Program-made: the position numbers and the translations under genes
In this document: piece after piece, positions 47,493-62,049 of the stretch
Layout: each line of letters begins with the position of its first letter
Numbering within the stretch: the first letter of the stretch is position 1
Source of the DNA: Phyllosticta citribraziliensis
Lineage: Eukaryota
Direction of reading: 5' to 3'
Assembly: GCF_038025025.1 (NCBI RefSeq)
Contig: NW_027117349.1
Coordinates: forward strand, 1,054,001-1,118,000
Length of the DNA: 64,000 bases
Notes under the pieces: generated by a model
What the model was told of the DNA's origin: nothing
Seen by the model: only the letters and a program-made list of their open reading frames with translations
Database searches by the model: none

Positions 47493-49152
47493 TCACTGTC
47501 GCGGGCGGAAATGAACCATCAACGGCAACTTCTCCCACACGATGTACGTCCCTTGCTTCTCCCACCACGGCTCATCGGGATACGCCAGCTCCATGTCAAA
47601 GTTGAACACAATCTTTGCCAGAACAATTCGCATCTCGGCGTACGCCAGACTACATCTATTAGCCACGATGTCACAAGAAGGGGTTCTAGCATCAAACTCA
47701 CCTCTTTCCGATGCAGTTTCTTGAGCCGAAAGAAAACGGCTGAATGGCGGCGCGGTCGTCGTTGGCAAACTCGGATCCGGGCGGCAGCTCCAACCATCGC
47801 TCGGGAATAAACTCGGACGCCCTGGCAAAGTTCCATGTCATGTGGCCGGTGCTGAATTGATGGACTCCGACCGCTGTCCCTGCGGGGACCCAACGGCCGT
47901 CAATTTCGTCGCCGCCAGGGGGGACGAAGCGCGGAAGGGTGCTAGGTGCTGGCGGGTACAGCCTCATGGACTCATCTATGCAGGCCGTCAGGTACTTGAG
48001 GGCGCTGGTCGACTGCATCGTGATGTCGTCATCAGAGGCAAAGGCGCCGCGGACCTCGTCGACCAGGCGCTGCAATTTATCCCGATTACGCAGCAGGAAG
48101 TTCGTCGTAGCAGTGAGAGCGCTGGCACCGGTACCGCTGCCCGCCACGATGAAGCTGGACGCCATGATGACGAGCTCCAGGTTCGACAGCTGCTCCGTCT
48201 TGTTCTCCACAATGTACGACATGAAGTCCTTGCCCGGGTTTTTCTTCTCGAGCCGCTGCTGCACCTTGGCCGACGTCAGCTCAATGTGCTTCTGCCGTGC
48301 CTGCACCGTGTACTTGGGCGCCATCCAGTTCATGAAGTTGAAGAAGCCGTAGTAGATGGCGAGCTGGAACCACACGATCGACTTGGCTCGCGTGCCAATC
48401 ACTTGCAGCCACGGTTGATCGGCGTTGTTCAAGCATCCAGCTGGCTGGCCAAACGCCAGATCTATCATCCCGTCAGCTTCCGCTTGAATTGGAGTGTTCG
48501 GGGGAACTCACCGGAAATCACATCAAAGGTCGTCAAGCTGTACCACTTGACCATATCCAGCGGGCCCTCATGACACCTCTTCCTCAACTGGCTCATCAAA
48601 TTCTTGGTATGCGCCTGCAAATAGCCCTCCTGATCGCGCAGCGCGCGCTCCGAAAATGCCGGCGCAATCGCGCGCCGCAGCCGCGCGTGGCGGTCCTGGT
48701 CTTCGGTCACGATGCCCTTGATGCCGTTGATGCTGGGCGGCGCCAGCCCGCGGCCGTCGAGAGCTTTGCTGAACTCCGGGTTTCGCTGGCCGTAGATCTT
48801 CTTCCATGCGCCGCTCGTCGTGTAGCTCAGCTCGTCCGGCGCGATACGCACTACCGGACCGTACTGCTGGTGCAGTTCGCGTAGTCGCCATGCGAGGCGT
48901 CCGTGTAGGTTCACCCAGTTCCAGGGGAGACGTGATATTGCCCAGAGCTTTGGGCCAGGGTATTTTCGCAATGGGTGTAGGAAGAGGTTGTAGAAGATGG
49001 AGCCGACGATGTACAAGGTCAGCTATTTCCGATTTGTTAGTTTTCAAGCTCCTGTTCTTCGGAAAATGTTAACTGACCAGTCCAAAGGTTGTCAGTATCG
49101 CCTTTCCAACTGTCCAACCGGACAGGATGGATTCAAAACCAACATCAGCCAT
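47493..49152 (-). CDS. Cytochrome P450, CYP65-like (secondary metabolism type)
   Basis: HPLRKYPGP, YGPVVRIAPDELS, ESMR, PERW, FSFGSRNCIG; introns 49023-49077, 48462-48511, 47650-47701. Confidence 0.93.
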
Positions 49153-50054
49153 GTCGTCTAGCCCTAGAGTTCTTCAATAATTCACGGGCGAGGAAAATGG
49201 CGAGCAAGACTGTACTAGGTAAGCAGCTTCAGCTGCTTTATGAGAGTCCTCCTCCCAACCCAAAGCTCGTTCGGTCCCATCCAAACCCCCGAGTCCAGCT
49301 CCTCGTCTCCATCCCGTACACCACGCACACGGCAGCCTCGGATTCAGGCGACCTGACCGCCGCAGATGGGGGAGCGTTCCTCGCGTCGAGCCCGGTCGAC
49401 CCTGAAGCTCTCTCATCCGCAGTGCCATAGCTCCTCGTGCCTGACTAGCCCACCGACCTATCGGAACGCGGCCTCGACCACGTTTTTGGATGGAAGCGTT
49501 CCCATTGACCGGCTGCTTGCAATTATGACCAGAATACGACTCGCCCTCGCAAAGCCTGGTTGCAGAGAGTGGCCTGACAGAGAGGGGTATGCGAGTAAGG
49601 CGTTGCACGCAGCGTCAGGGACGAACGAGCAACGGACAGATGGTCAGCCAACCAACCACAATGCGCGGCCTGTACCCCGCGGTCAGCAACAGCAGCAGCA
49701 ACGTGGCTCTGAGTCGATCTGGGGACCCACATGCCCGGTTAATGGTCCAGCCTTGGCCGCTTTCTTGGGACGCCTCGCACACACCGGCCCGGAGCCTGTG
49801 TCCCCTTTCTCGGCACCTCCAAGGTTTGCTTGTCGCCGAAGCTTATTTGGAGGATCGCTCGACAGGGTCTGCGGCCCTTCTCGGCTGCGTTCATGGGTCT
49901 TGCTTGCGAGCCGCTGCTGCACGTCATAGCCAATCAGTGTTGCTCGTGGATTTCTTTGATGGTTGCTCGCTTGACAGCTGGTAGCGGGCAATCGAATGCT
50001 CCTCATTGAACGTGGAATTCAAATCTCAAACTCTATGTGGTGCTGTTGCCGCTC

Positions 50055-51682
50055 TCACAGGAGCGGTTGGTACCAGCAAAATACATTGTCCGGGTCGTAG
50101 AGCCTCTTCAAAGCCCGCAGCTTCTCCAACCTCCACGGCTCATATCCGTAGAGAGCCTCGGGTGGATCTTGCATCGTCGATGTCGTGTTGCCGTAGTTGA
50201 CATACTGTTGTAGCCTGCCATACCCAGACACTTTGATGAAAGTCCGCTTCCACTGGTCGAGGTGGTTCTCAAAGGCCTCGCGGTCTTCCATGCTGACCGG
50301 AGTCGCCGTCATCATCCTTCATCCTCGTTAGCCCTGCACTGCAACCATATATTTGGGGCGCTTACAGGTGGTGATTTGTGCCCCATCGCCAAGGGAAGGC
50401 GCTGTAGTCGTCTGGAAACTGCCTCGTCCGATGGTGCGGCAAGCACTCAAACATGGCGCCAAACCAGCCTTTGCCGGCCCACTTCTCATTCATCTCCTTG
50501 ACGCTCTCGAAGAAAGCCCGCGTGGTCTTCAAGTCGAAATCCTTCACGCTCACCGCACCCATGGCCTTGTATGGCGCATATTTCCAAACTTCTGGCCGGC
50601 TCAGCGCCTTGTTTTGTCCGCCGTACGTCGTCCACGGCAGCTCGGCCCACGTGGTGCTGACTTTGCCGCTGTTCAGTACTGGATCCAGCGCCTCGAATTT
50701 TTGCACCCAGGGTGCGGCTGCGTCTTCTTGACCGGACCAGACGAGGTTGACAAGAATCAGATGCTGCGTCCGATTAGCTCAACTATAGCTTTGAACTTGG
50801 GGAGCGTCCTCGAACCTTGTGCCCCCCGGCGCTTTCTCTCCGCCACAGTACAAATATGGACAATTCCGGCGGCATAGTCTCGTGGACACGGTTCAGAGTC
50901 TCGAATACCTCCTCGCATTGCTCCAACTTGTACTCGAGGTCCCATGTATGATGCAGCCCGCCATTCTCCTGCGGGTACACCTTGAACGTGGTCTCGAGAG
51001 CAATCGCAAAATTGTGTCCAGCGCCACGTATGGCCCAAAACAAATCGGAATGCGACTCTTGGGATGCTGTAACCACCGACCCGTCCGCTAGGAGCAACTT
51101 GCACGAGACCATGTTGTCATTCAAGTAGCCATACTTGCCCTGGAGCCTTCCAAGCCCTGCACCAAAGGCCACTCCAATGACGCCGGTCGTCGGACAGGAG
51201 CCAACGGTGACCTCCATCCCGACTCCTTGGAGGAATTGCGCAAAATCGTCGGTGATGACGCCGCCGCCCACCGTCGCTTGCTGCTTCTCCGCATTGAACG
51301 TCATGTGATTGAGTGGTCGCATGTCGATGAGGATCCCGTTTTGCAGCTTCCTCATGGTTGTGGTTACGCAGTGGTGTCCAGAGCGAACAGAGAATCCAAT
51401 CTTTCTCGAGGTTGCGAATCGAACAGTTTCGATGACGTCGTTTTCGCATGTTGGCTTCACTGCGGCAAAGTAAGTCTGTTCGACGTCAGAACTGATTGCA
51501 TTTCTTAAATTTGGTGTACTTACCGGCCGCTCATACTCTGTAAAGCGCAAATTCGAGCTCTCAAATTCTTCTGACGATGGGAAGGATATCGTTGCTCCTG
51601 GAGAGAGCTCTGGAGCAAGCTTGGACTGGAGCTCTGCTCTCTGTGTCTCCAGCTCTGGAATTTCAACGCTGATGCTGCCCAT
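50055..51682 (-). CDS. FAD-linked oxidoreductase (berberine bridge enzyme / PCMH family)
   Basis: VRSGHH, DLFWAIRGAGHNF, C-terminal YVNY...LKRLYDPDNVF; introns 51476-51523, 50764-50815, 50317-50365. Confidence 0.92.
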
Positions 51683-53371
51683 GATTGCAGTTATGCCGAC
51701 GTATTCTCGCGAGAGCACTGCAGGTTGGGAAAACCGCTACAAGTTGAACTGTCGACCTCGAATGCTCCTAATCGTCTGACCATTCGAAGGTGAGCTCCCC
51801 GTCGTTCCCTTGCCCAAGGAGCTATATCCACCGAGCACCTCGTGCACGCAGCCGCGTGGAGGTCAGCGATGGTCCAGGCCTCGTGTGCCTTGGCTTGGCA
51901 TCTTCGTCTTGCTGGTGTTCCTGAACAGCCCGCGTCGAGGATTCAACTGCCGTTTTTGTCGCAAAGTGACAATGTGCTTCGAATCAGCCACCTCATTGGT
52001 CACTTCAAACACACCGAAAGTACGAGGCCGGTGACGTGGTTGGTAAGCGAAGCGGATTCGGGCCTACCCGCTGGTGCTTCTGGCGGGCTTGCTCGACTCG
52101 TCGGGAGGATGGTACAGTCCAACAACTTCCGAGATGGCTCCGTTTGGCTGTTGCTATTCCGAATCCGACCACCTGGATAGCCCAAGGTTTCTGCACGCCA
52201 TCTTGTGCAGTAAGCATATACTCCAAAGCTAATAGTAGCACAGGGCTGAGCTTAACCAAACTACCTCTACCACTTTGAAGAAACTCTAGAACTACTTAGT
52301 ATGGAGCAAAACTGGGACAAAGATGATATACAGGGTCTCTCCACAGTGGAATGAGTCCCACAAATGCTCGATCTGATCCCTCAGGGACAGCGGAGATCAT
52401 ACCGTCAGGACCATTGCTGATCAATCCGACGACCGAATCTTTCAGGCAGTCGCTTCAAGAACTCGAACGCGAACTCGGAAGCCCCGAGCACAAGGGAGGG
52501 ATCCAACGAATCGGGTTGGTCCAAGTGCGAGGGGCATTCTGCTGACTCTGTTTTCCCAGCAATAATTCGGCAGAGGGTCTCTTGCAGTGACGCAGTGCTG
52601 TGACGACAGCCGAGACGCATTTTACTTTGTCTACACGTGGTTTGGTTCCTGCCTGGACTTTGCGTCTCGGGTCAGTCTCGAAGGAGCATTCAATCCAGGC
52701 CGACGTCTTCAGATTTCAGACAATGGAAGCTCTAGCAGATGATGACCGCTGGAACATGGCGGTGGTCGAGTCCTCCGAGTCAATGCAGATTCCGGCCGTA
52801 TGTCGTTCTATCTGAATTCGTTTCGCGTTTCGCCTTCAGCAAGACAATCTATCCGCGTGTACTTAGGGCATGCTCGTATGGACCCACTGGAGGGACCTGC
52901 CCTTCTCGACGGTTCAGGCACACACCACGTCTTGGCCCATCTTCAACCGCCAGCCTGAATGGGACTGCCTATCACACCCCAGGTTGCCTCAGTTGATCAC
53001 GGTCCATTGTCGTCGTGGGGTACACCATGCCGCCATACTGCCTGACGGCCCCTCCTGTTGCCCCTCGATTCGCGAGCCACTCAGCAGGCTGATTCGTATC
53101 ACCCCAATGCTCACACACGCGTGGGCCTCGCAACCTCGCAATTGGACAGTCCTTCAACCCCAAACTTCAGGCCAAAGACGGACTTCGCTTCGGGCAGTGA
53201 CCGGCATCCGTCGGGGCGCTTGTCTAGGCTCCTCTTGCATGAGTTGGGCTTCCCATATCAAGAGCTCCCAATGCTCAATTATAGTGAGTATTTAACCCCC
53301 CAAATACGCAAACTCCAGCTCCTTTTCAGGACTCAACTTACCTCTGATACCCCATACTAGACCCATTCACC

Positions 53372-56300
53372 ATGCCTGCCCCCATCTCTTCTTCACCTTC
53401 CACTTCAATGCCGATCGCCATCGTCGGCATCGCGCTCAGAGCGCCAGGGGATGGCTCTGACCCAGAACGCTTCTGGCAGATGTTGCTGAATGGTCGTTCG
53501 GCAAGGTCTGAGATTCCCAAAGACCGTTACAATGTCGATGGCTTTTACCATCCTAATCCAGAGCGTCTCGGAAGCATTCAGCCTCGGCATGCCCATTTCC
53601 TGGAGCAAGATTTCAAGGCCTTTGATGCGCCTTTCTTCAGCATCACGCCCAAGGAGGCAAAGGCGATGGACCCCACGCACAGGATTCTGCTGGAGGCAAC
53701 CTACGAAGGATTCGAGAATGGTACAATGTCCCCGTGCCTCCCTGGTTGTTACGAGTACTGACATCGACTTAGCCGGTATGAGTTTGCAGGATGTCGCTGG
53801 AACACGCACGTCATGTAAGTCAACGTTGTATCAAAGTCAGACCGCATCGAGTACTTATCTTCTCCAACTAGGCTACATTGGCACTTTCACCGGAGACTTT
53901 CCGAACCTTCAAGCTAGGGACAATGACGGTCCCTCGATCTACCGTAAGTTTCACAGCCACGTGAGCGCCACCAAGGAGCATTCAACTCACAACCCACCTA
54001 GACGCAACTGGACTCTCTTCATCGTTGGCATCGAACAGATTGTCTTGGTTTTACAACCTGAGAGGCCCTAGTATGACTGTCGACACGGCCTGCAGCTCCA
54101 GTCTGATGGCTTTCCATCTGGGATGCCAAAGTATCCGGACGGGTGAAGCGGAGATGGTAAGTGATGTTTCATCTACCCACAACATATTTCAAATGCTAAT
54201 CATCCTTCCAGAGCTTGATCGGTGGTGCAAACCTCATGTTCGGTCCTGACATGAGCATTCTGTTGGGCGCCGCAAAAATTCTTTCCCCTGACGGAAAGTC
54301 TCAAATGTGGGACCACAAGGCAAATGGCTTCTCCAGAGGCGAGGGCTTTGGAATCACCATCCTGAAGCCTCTTGATGCTGCCCTGAGAGATGGGAACACG
54401 ATTCGTGCCGTTGTCCTTGCGTCCGCCGCGAACGAAGACGGCAGGACGCCGGGAATTTCATTGCCGAACAGCGAGGCGCAGGCGGAGCTCATTCGCACGG
54501 CTTACCGTCAGGCTGGCGTAGATCCCACGGAAACGGGATATGTAGAGGCCCACGGCACTGGTAAGTCCTCAAATTTCTCCTGTTACCCTTGAAACCCCCT
54601 AACCTTTCCCTTATCCCACTCCGACCGGATTCTGGAGAAATAACTGACACTGCTTTTCAGGAACCCAAGCTGGAGATCCTTTGGAAGCGAAAGCGATCCT
54701 CACGACCATCGGAAACAACCGCAAGGACGACCTCTATGTTGGGTCTGTCAAAACCAACATTGGCCATCTCGAGGGTGCGGCTGGAGTTGCCGGTGTGATC
54801 AAAGCCGCGCTGGTGGTCGAGCGCGGATTGATCCCTCAAAACCTTTGGTTTGAGAAACTCAACCCGCAAATTGAGCTTCCGGAGAACGTCAAGATACCCT
54901 TGGAGCTCACCCAATGGCCTCATGACGGCCCACGGAGAGCAAGCATCAACTCTTTCGGTTTTGGTGGAGCAAACGCTCACGTCGTCCTCGAGGATACTGC
55001 CTCTTATCTTGCCAGAAATGGTCTGACCGGTCATCACGCTGCTGCTGTCAAGGTGGCGCCTCGCATCAACGGTGTAAACGGCGTGAACGGCATCCATGAT
55101 CAACAGAAAAAGCCAAAGCTCTTTCCCCTTTCTTCCTACGACCAAGAAGGTGTGAAGAGGATGGTGAAGAGGCTCGGCGAGTACTTGGAAGTCAAGTCCC
55201 TGGGCCATGACGCCAAGTTCCTCGACAACCTGGCCTACACCCTTGCAAAGAAGCGGACCATTCTTCCTTACAAGTCCTTTGCTATTGCGGAAGATGTCAA
55301 TTCGTTGATCAGCAGGCTCGAGGGCATCCCAGCAGCCAGTCGTTCTTCCGACACGGATGCTCCCAGGATGGCATTTGCCTTTACCGGCCAGGGTGCCCAA
55401 TGGTTCACCATGGGCAAGGGACTGACAGTCTTCAAGGCCTTTTCTGACAGCTTGCTTTCTTCTCAGAGCATTCTCTACGCTCTGGGTTGCCCCTGGAATC
55501 TGATTGAGGAGCTGAACCGCCCCGAGACTGTCAGTCGTCTGCATCTTGCCGAGTTCAGCCAGCCAGCCTGCACTGCCCTGCAGGTCGCTCTTGTCGATCT
55601 TCTGAGCAGCTGGAAGATTCGTCCGGTCGCCGTCGTCGGTCACTCGAGCGGAGAGATTGCTGCTGCTTACTGTGCCGGTGTGATTTCGAAAGAAGCGGCT
55701 GTCAAGATCGCTTGGCTTCGAGGTCAATTTGCCGGATCTGTTGGCCAGAAGTACCTCAAGGGAGCCATGATGGCTGTCAGCGCTGACGGTGAGTCCATGA
55801 AGGCTCGTATCCAGGGACTTACCCGCGGCCAAGCTGTCGTCGCCTGTCTCAACAGTCCAAAGGCATGCACCATTTCTGGTGATGAGCCCGCAGTGGACGA
55901 GCTGCACGAGATTCTCAAGGCCGAAAACATCAACTGCACCAAGCTCCAAGTGGAGGTTGCCTACCACTCGCCTCACATGGCTGTTTTCAGAGACGCCTAC
56001 GAGTACGCCCTGCAGAACCTTGGAACTACCTGCAGCAAAGACACGATTCCCATGTTCTCGTCAGTGACTGGGGAGCTCATTGCCCCTGAGAATCTCGGTG
56101 CATCTTACTGGGTTGACAACTTGGTTTCGTCTGTCAACTTCACCGGCGCCGTCCGCTCTCTGCTCCACTACTCCAAGGAGACCAAGAGGTCGCACGACCG
56201 CACTGCCTTTGCCAGCGCTTTCGTTGAAGTTGGTCCTCACTCCGCTCTGAGGTCATACCTCTTGGACATCTTCAAATCCGAGGACCGCTTCAGCGATTTG

Positions 56301-59300
56301 TCTTACACCACTATGCTGAGAAGGAAGTACGACTGCGTTCAGACCTCCCTCCAAGCCATGGGTGAACTCTGGACCAAGGGCTGCGCGGTCGATCTGAATG
56401 CCATCAACGAGACGCCTTTCGATGTCAAAATGCTCGTTGATCTGCCTCCTTATGCCTGGAACCACTCGCTCACTTTCTGGGAGGAGTCGTACCTCAGCCG
56501 CGAGTACCGCATGCGCGAGAAGCCTCGCATGGACTTGATCGGATATCCTGTACCCGGATGCACCGAGCCAACGTGGAGGAACTTCCTTCGCTGCAACGAG
56601 AACCCATGGATTCGCGAGCACAAGGTCCAGGGAGACATCCTCTACCCTGGTGCCGGTATGGTCATCATGGCGATTGAGGGTGCTCGTCAGCTCGCCGACA
56701 CCAACGAAGAGATCCATGGCTACGAGCTGCGGGATGTTGCCATCACCAGCGCTCTGCGTGTTCCGGATGACGAAAAGGGAGTCGAGGTGATGGTCAACTT
56801 CCACCCGCGCAGGACTGGCACCAAGGCTGCTCCCTCTTCCACTTTGAATGAGTTCACAGTCTCGTCTTGGTCTGGAGACAGCAATCAGTGGACAGTGCAC
56901 GCCAGAGGTCTGATCTCGGTCACGTACAAGTCGTCGCTCTCTCCTTCGATGCAGCAGGAACTGACTCTCGAGAACGAGAGGTGCAAGAAGTCCTTTGAGG
57001 ACGCCAGAGAGAAGTGCCCCACTCCCGCAAGAAGCTTCCTTTACTACACTGTCGAAACCATTGGCATGCACTACGGCAAGACTTTCCGCAACATGGCAGA
57101 GCTGTATGCTGGTGACAGCGCCAGCTACGGTATTATCACGGTTCCTGACACCAAGGCCGTCATGCCCGAGGGCTTTGAGTATCCTTGCGTCGTCCACCCA
57201 GCCACTCTTGATTCCGTGCTTCACTTGCTCTTCCCATCCATCAGTGGTGCCGAGCAGTCTCTCAATGAGGCCGTCGTTCCCTTCTCCTTCGACCGTATCT
57301 TTGTCTCTGCAGAGATCCCGACGACTCCTGGAACCAAGTTGCACGGCTTTTCGACCGCCCAGAAGACGAGCTACACCACTTGGATGTCTTCTATCACGAT
57401 TGCGACTGAGGACTTGGCCACGCCAACAATCATCATGGAGGGTCTTGGTCTTGCTTCCGTCGGCGCGAGCGAGAACCAATCTGCCAAGGAGACCAGGGCT
57501 CAGTGCTTCGATCAAGTATGGCACCCGGATGTTGATCTCATCTCGTCGGCCCAAATCAAGGAACTCGTCCACAAGAGGACGATTCCCAATGCCGATGACG
57601 ACTCGGTCCTGGATCATTTGGAGTACGTCTGCCTGGTCTACATCTACCAGTGCCTCGAATGGTTCGAAGGCAAGGGCAAAAAGTACATTCCCCAGGACGG
57701 TTTCTGGAAGCTTTTCGTCGAGTGGATGCATGACCGCATCAAGGACTTTCCGCCTCTCCCAAGCGACCCAGAAGTGATTGAGACGCAGCTGGAAGTATCC
57801 AAGAAGCGCATCGTCACTTCTGACAGCGGTGACATTACGCTGCAGATGATTGACAGGATTGGTCAGAACTTGACCAAGATCTTCAGTCGCGAGGTCGAGC
57901 CGCTCCAGGTCATGCTCGAGGGCGACTTGCTGTACACCTTCTACCGCGGTGCCTTTGGAACCAGCTTCAACTCCAACGTTGCCGAGTACGTCGGACTGGT
58001 TGCCGACAAGAAACCTGGCCTCAGTATCCTTGAGATCGGAGCTGGCACCGGTGGAACTACCTACCACGTCCTCGAGCGTCTGCGCAATGAGGATGGATCC
58101 TCCAAGGCCACACGCTACTTCTTCACCGACATCTCACCCGGTTTCTTGGCCAAGGCTGCTGAGCGTTTCTCCAAAGATGCCTCCATCATGGAATTCGGCA
58201 CTCTCAACGTCGAAGACGACCCTCTAGACCAAGGCTTCCAGCCCGAGAGCTTCGACCTGATCGTTTGCGCAAACGTCCTCCACGCCACCAAGTCCATCCA
58301 GGAGACTCTGGCTCACTGTCGAAGCCTCCTTAAGCCGGGTGGCAAGCTCGTCCTGTCCGAGGTCACGATCAAAAGGATCTTCTGCGGCTTTGTCATGGGT
58401 CCTCTTCCAGGATGGTGGCTTGGAGAAGACGATGGCCGCAAGGGCGGTCCTCTTCTTGATGTCGAGGAGTGGGATGTCGCGCTCAAGAAGGCGAGTTTCA
58501 GCGGAGTCGACATGGACGTAAGGGGCGACTGCGAAGAGTCGAAGGAGCCTGTTTCGCTCATCGTCTCCACCAAGCCTTTGGCCTCTCAGTCAAAGCCTGC
58601 GTCCTCGTACGCCATCCTCAGCACGGGAACAGCGGCTTCAAACGCCCTTGCCGAGACGCTCCAGAAGACTTTCCAGTCCCGCGAGCTTGACTCGGTCATT
58701 CTTCAGTGGGGCACCTTCACACAGGCTGATGTCCAGGGTAAATACTGCATTTCGCTCGCGGAGTGGGAGCATCCCCTGTTGGCTACCATTAGCGATGAGG
58801 ATTGGGAGACTTTCCGTCAAGTCATCCTCAGCTCCGCTGGCACTTGTTGGATCACTGGCGGCGGCGCAATGGACTGCCCCTCCCCTCACAAGGCTCTCAT
58901 GGTTGGTCTCTCGCGTGCGATTCGCAACGAGAACGCCGGCGTCATCCTCGCCAACCTCGACATCGACACTTCCGACAAGATCGACCTGGAGGCATCTTCT
59001 TCTGCCATCCTCGCACTTGCTTTCGACCACAGCCGTGGTGAGAGCCCAGACGGCGAATACGCTGCCCGCGGCAACTCCATCTTCGTTCCCCGTGTCGAGA
59101 AGACTCCCAAGGTTGACGCCTCCCTGCGCAAATATGAGTCCAAGGGCGAACCAGAGCTCGTTTCCTTCACCGGCTGCGGCAGGCCTCTCAAGCTGACCAT
59201 CAAAACTCCTGGTCTCTTGGACACCTTCCGCTGGGAAGAAGACGAGACCTACTACAAGCCGATGCCAGAGGACTGGATTGAAATTTCCGTCAAGGCCGTC

Positions 59301-61353
59301 GGTCTCAATTTCAAGGACGTCCTGGTCGCTTTGGGCAACCTCAACGAGAACAAGCTCGGTGTCGATGTCAGCGGTATCGTGACCCGTGTCGGCTCGGCCG
59401 TCACTGACCTCAAGCCCGGCGACCGCGTCATGACTGCTTCCTGCGACACCTTTGCCACCTTTGTCCGCTTCCCTAGCCAAGGTGCTATCCGCATGCCACC
59501 AGGAATGAGCTTCGAAGACGCTGCTTCGATGCCTTTGATCTTCTTGACGGCCTACTATGCTCTTGTCACCGCCGGTGGACTCGTCAAGGGCGAGAAGGTC
59601 CTGATCCACGCTGCCGCCGGTGGTGTCGGCCAGGCAGCCATCATCCTCGCAAAGCACATTGGCGCGGAGATTTTTGCCACTGTGGGACCTCAGGAGAAGA
59701 AGGAACTCATCATGAAGCAGTACGGCATTCCCGAGGATCACATCTTCAGCAGCCGTGACACCAGCTTCGCCAAGGGTGTCATGAGGTCCACAAATGGCCA
59801 AGGTGTCGACGTGGTCCTGAACTCCCTTGCTGGTGAAGCTCTCCGCATGAGTTGGCACTGCTTGGCCAAGTTTGGACGCTTCCTGGAAATCGGCAAGGCG
59901 GACCTGTTCGCCAACACCGGTCTCGACATGAAGCCTTTCTTGGACAACAAGAGCTACATTGGTGTCAACCTGCTCGATTTCGAGAACAACCCCACCCCCA
60001 GGGCCGTTGCTCTCTGGAACGACGTCGCGCGTCTGATCCAGGACGGTGCTTTGAAGCCTGTTTCCCCTGTTCAGCTGTTCACTTTCGCTGAAGTGGAGAA
60101 GGCATTCCGCTACATGCAGACAGGAAAGCACATGGGAAAGGTGGTTGTCCGCGTCGACGAGAACGACGTGGTCCCCGCTGTCCCGAGAACACCCAAGGTT
60201 GGCGTTCGTGCTGACGGCACGTACATCTTGGCCGGTGGTCTGGGTGGTATCTGTCGTGAAATTGGCCGTTGGCTCGCAGAGAAGGGCGCCGGTAACCTCG
60301 TCTTCCTGTCGAGGTCTGCCGCGAGCGGCGATGACAACAAGGCCTTCATCGAAAACCTGCGCAAGACGTACAACACGAATGCGCTGGCCTTCAACTGCGA
60401 TGTTGGCAACCGACAGTCGCTGCAGTCGGTCTTGGACCAGATCAAGGATCTGCCCCCTGTCAGGGGTGTGGTCACTGGTGCAATGGTTCTCAAAGTAAGT
60501 CACGCAAATACCCAGAATTGAAGGATGTGAAACTGACCAGATACAGGACACTCTTTTTGACAAAATGACCGCAGACGATCTGCGCATTACTGTGGGCCCG
60601 AAGGTCCACGGCACCTGGAACCTCCACGACATGTTGCCCAAGGACCTCGACTTTTTCGTCATGCTGAGTTCTTTGGCTGGTGTCATGGGTCACCGCGGCC
60701 AAGGCAACTACGACTGCGGCAACATCTTCCAGGATTACTTCGCCAGCTTCCGCCGCTCCTTGGGTCTGCGCGCCATGACCATCGATATCGGCTACCTTCT
60801 TAGCGTCGGCTTCGTAGCCGAGCACGACGAGTACGTCGACCACGTCAAATCAATGGGTCTGAAGGTGATGCACAACTCCGATCTCCACGGTCTCATGGCG
60901 ACGGCCATGGAAGGCTCGGAAGCCCATCCTCCCCAAGTAATGTGCGGTCTTCCGTACAGCGAGTACTCCGAGTCCTGGTACTGGATTCAGGACGGCAGGT
61001 TCGCGGCGCTGCTCAATCGCGCCCAGGGATCTGGCGCTGGCTCTGGCTCGACCATTTCGCTCCGTGACGAGCTGTCTCACTGCACGGACATGGCTGGCGC
61101 AGTTGACACGATCACTGGTGCCATGGTCGAGCGCCTTGCCAAGCTCATGATGGTTCCGGCAACCGACATTGACGCCAACAAGCCAATGAGCGCCTACGGT
61201 GTCGACTCTCTTGTCGCCGTTGAGGTGCGCAACTGGATCGCGAAGGAGATGCAGGTGGAGGTCAGTGTCTTTGAGATCATGGCAAACATTCCGCTGAGGC
61301 AGCTTGCTGCCGATTTGGCTGGAAAGAGCAAGTTGCTGGAGGAAGTGAAATGA
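53372..61353 (+). CDS. Highly reducing iterative type I PKS (KS-AT-DH-CMeT-ER-KR-ACP)
   Basis: KS DTACSSS/EAHGTG/NIGHLE; AT GHSSG and [15 protein letters not shown]; CMe[31 protein letters not shown] and GQGNY; ACP GVDSL. Introns 53721-53772, 53815-53871, 53944-54001, 54157-54211, 54561-54660, 60495-60546. Confidence 0.97.
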
Positions 61354-62049
61354 GTGTTGCTTTTGTGACTTTCTAGCATTTTTGGTCTGGCGTTGAGATG
61401 CATCTAGACGGTTTTGGAAGGCTTGCATGGCGGAATGATTAGTTCGGAGTTCGGTTTGAGATATTAGCGCGAGCGTTAGACTTTCTTTTCTTGAAAATCA
61501 TGAATTCTCCAGAAAGCTGCAGAACAAGTTGGCAGCGACTCACAAATGCTTCTCCAAGACTCCACCTTCGCATCCCCTAAAGTGGAAATCGAGACAATCC
61601 TCCTCAACACCACCAAAGATCTTTGACCGAAAGTTTCATCCCCCAAGACGGACATTGAGGCTGTGAATTTCGCTCCGTGCAGTCCGCGGCCAGAACTCCA
61701 CGACCGCTCCAATTCACAACATTCGATCCAATGGCTTCTCATGAATGGCCCAAGTGCTCACCTCGGGGCGTCCTGGCGGTTGGACGGGCCGAATGAGATA
61801 TATATTAGAGGTGCGGAGGCCCCCCAAAGCGTCGTATCTCTTTTCCACACATCAGGTCCCGCGCTTGAGGTGTTGAAGTCTCCCGTTCCAAAATTCTGAA
61901 CCCCGTTCTCTTCCACGTCCTCCCGCCTTCAATCATCAATAACCCAAAGCATCTGTTTCCATCTGTCAGTGCGGTATTCGCACGACACGCAAAATTCACT
62001 TCTCCGGTGGCGCACAGTCCGGTTCCGACCATCCGGCCAATCTCAAGAA

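Noticed and set aside
54657..60686. Long minus-strand ORFs (439, 604 and 682 aa) within the PKS
   Set aside because: Antisense shadows produced by strong codon bias.
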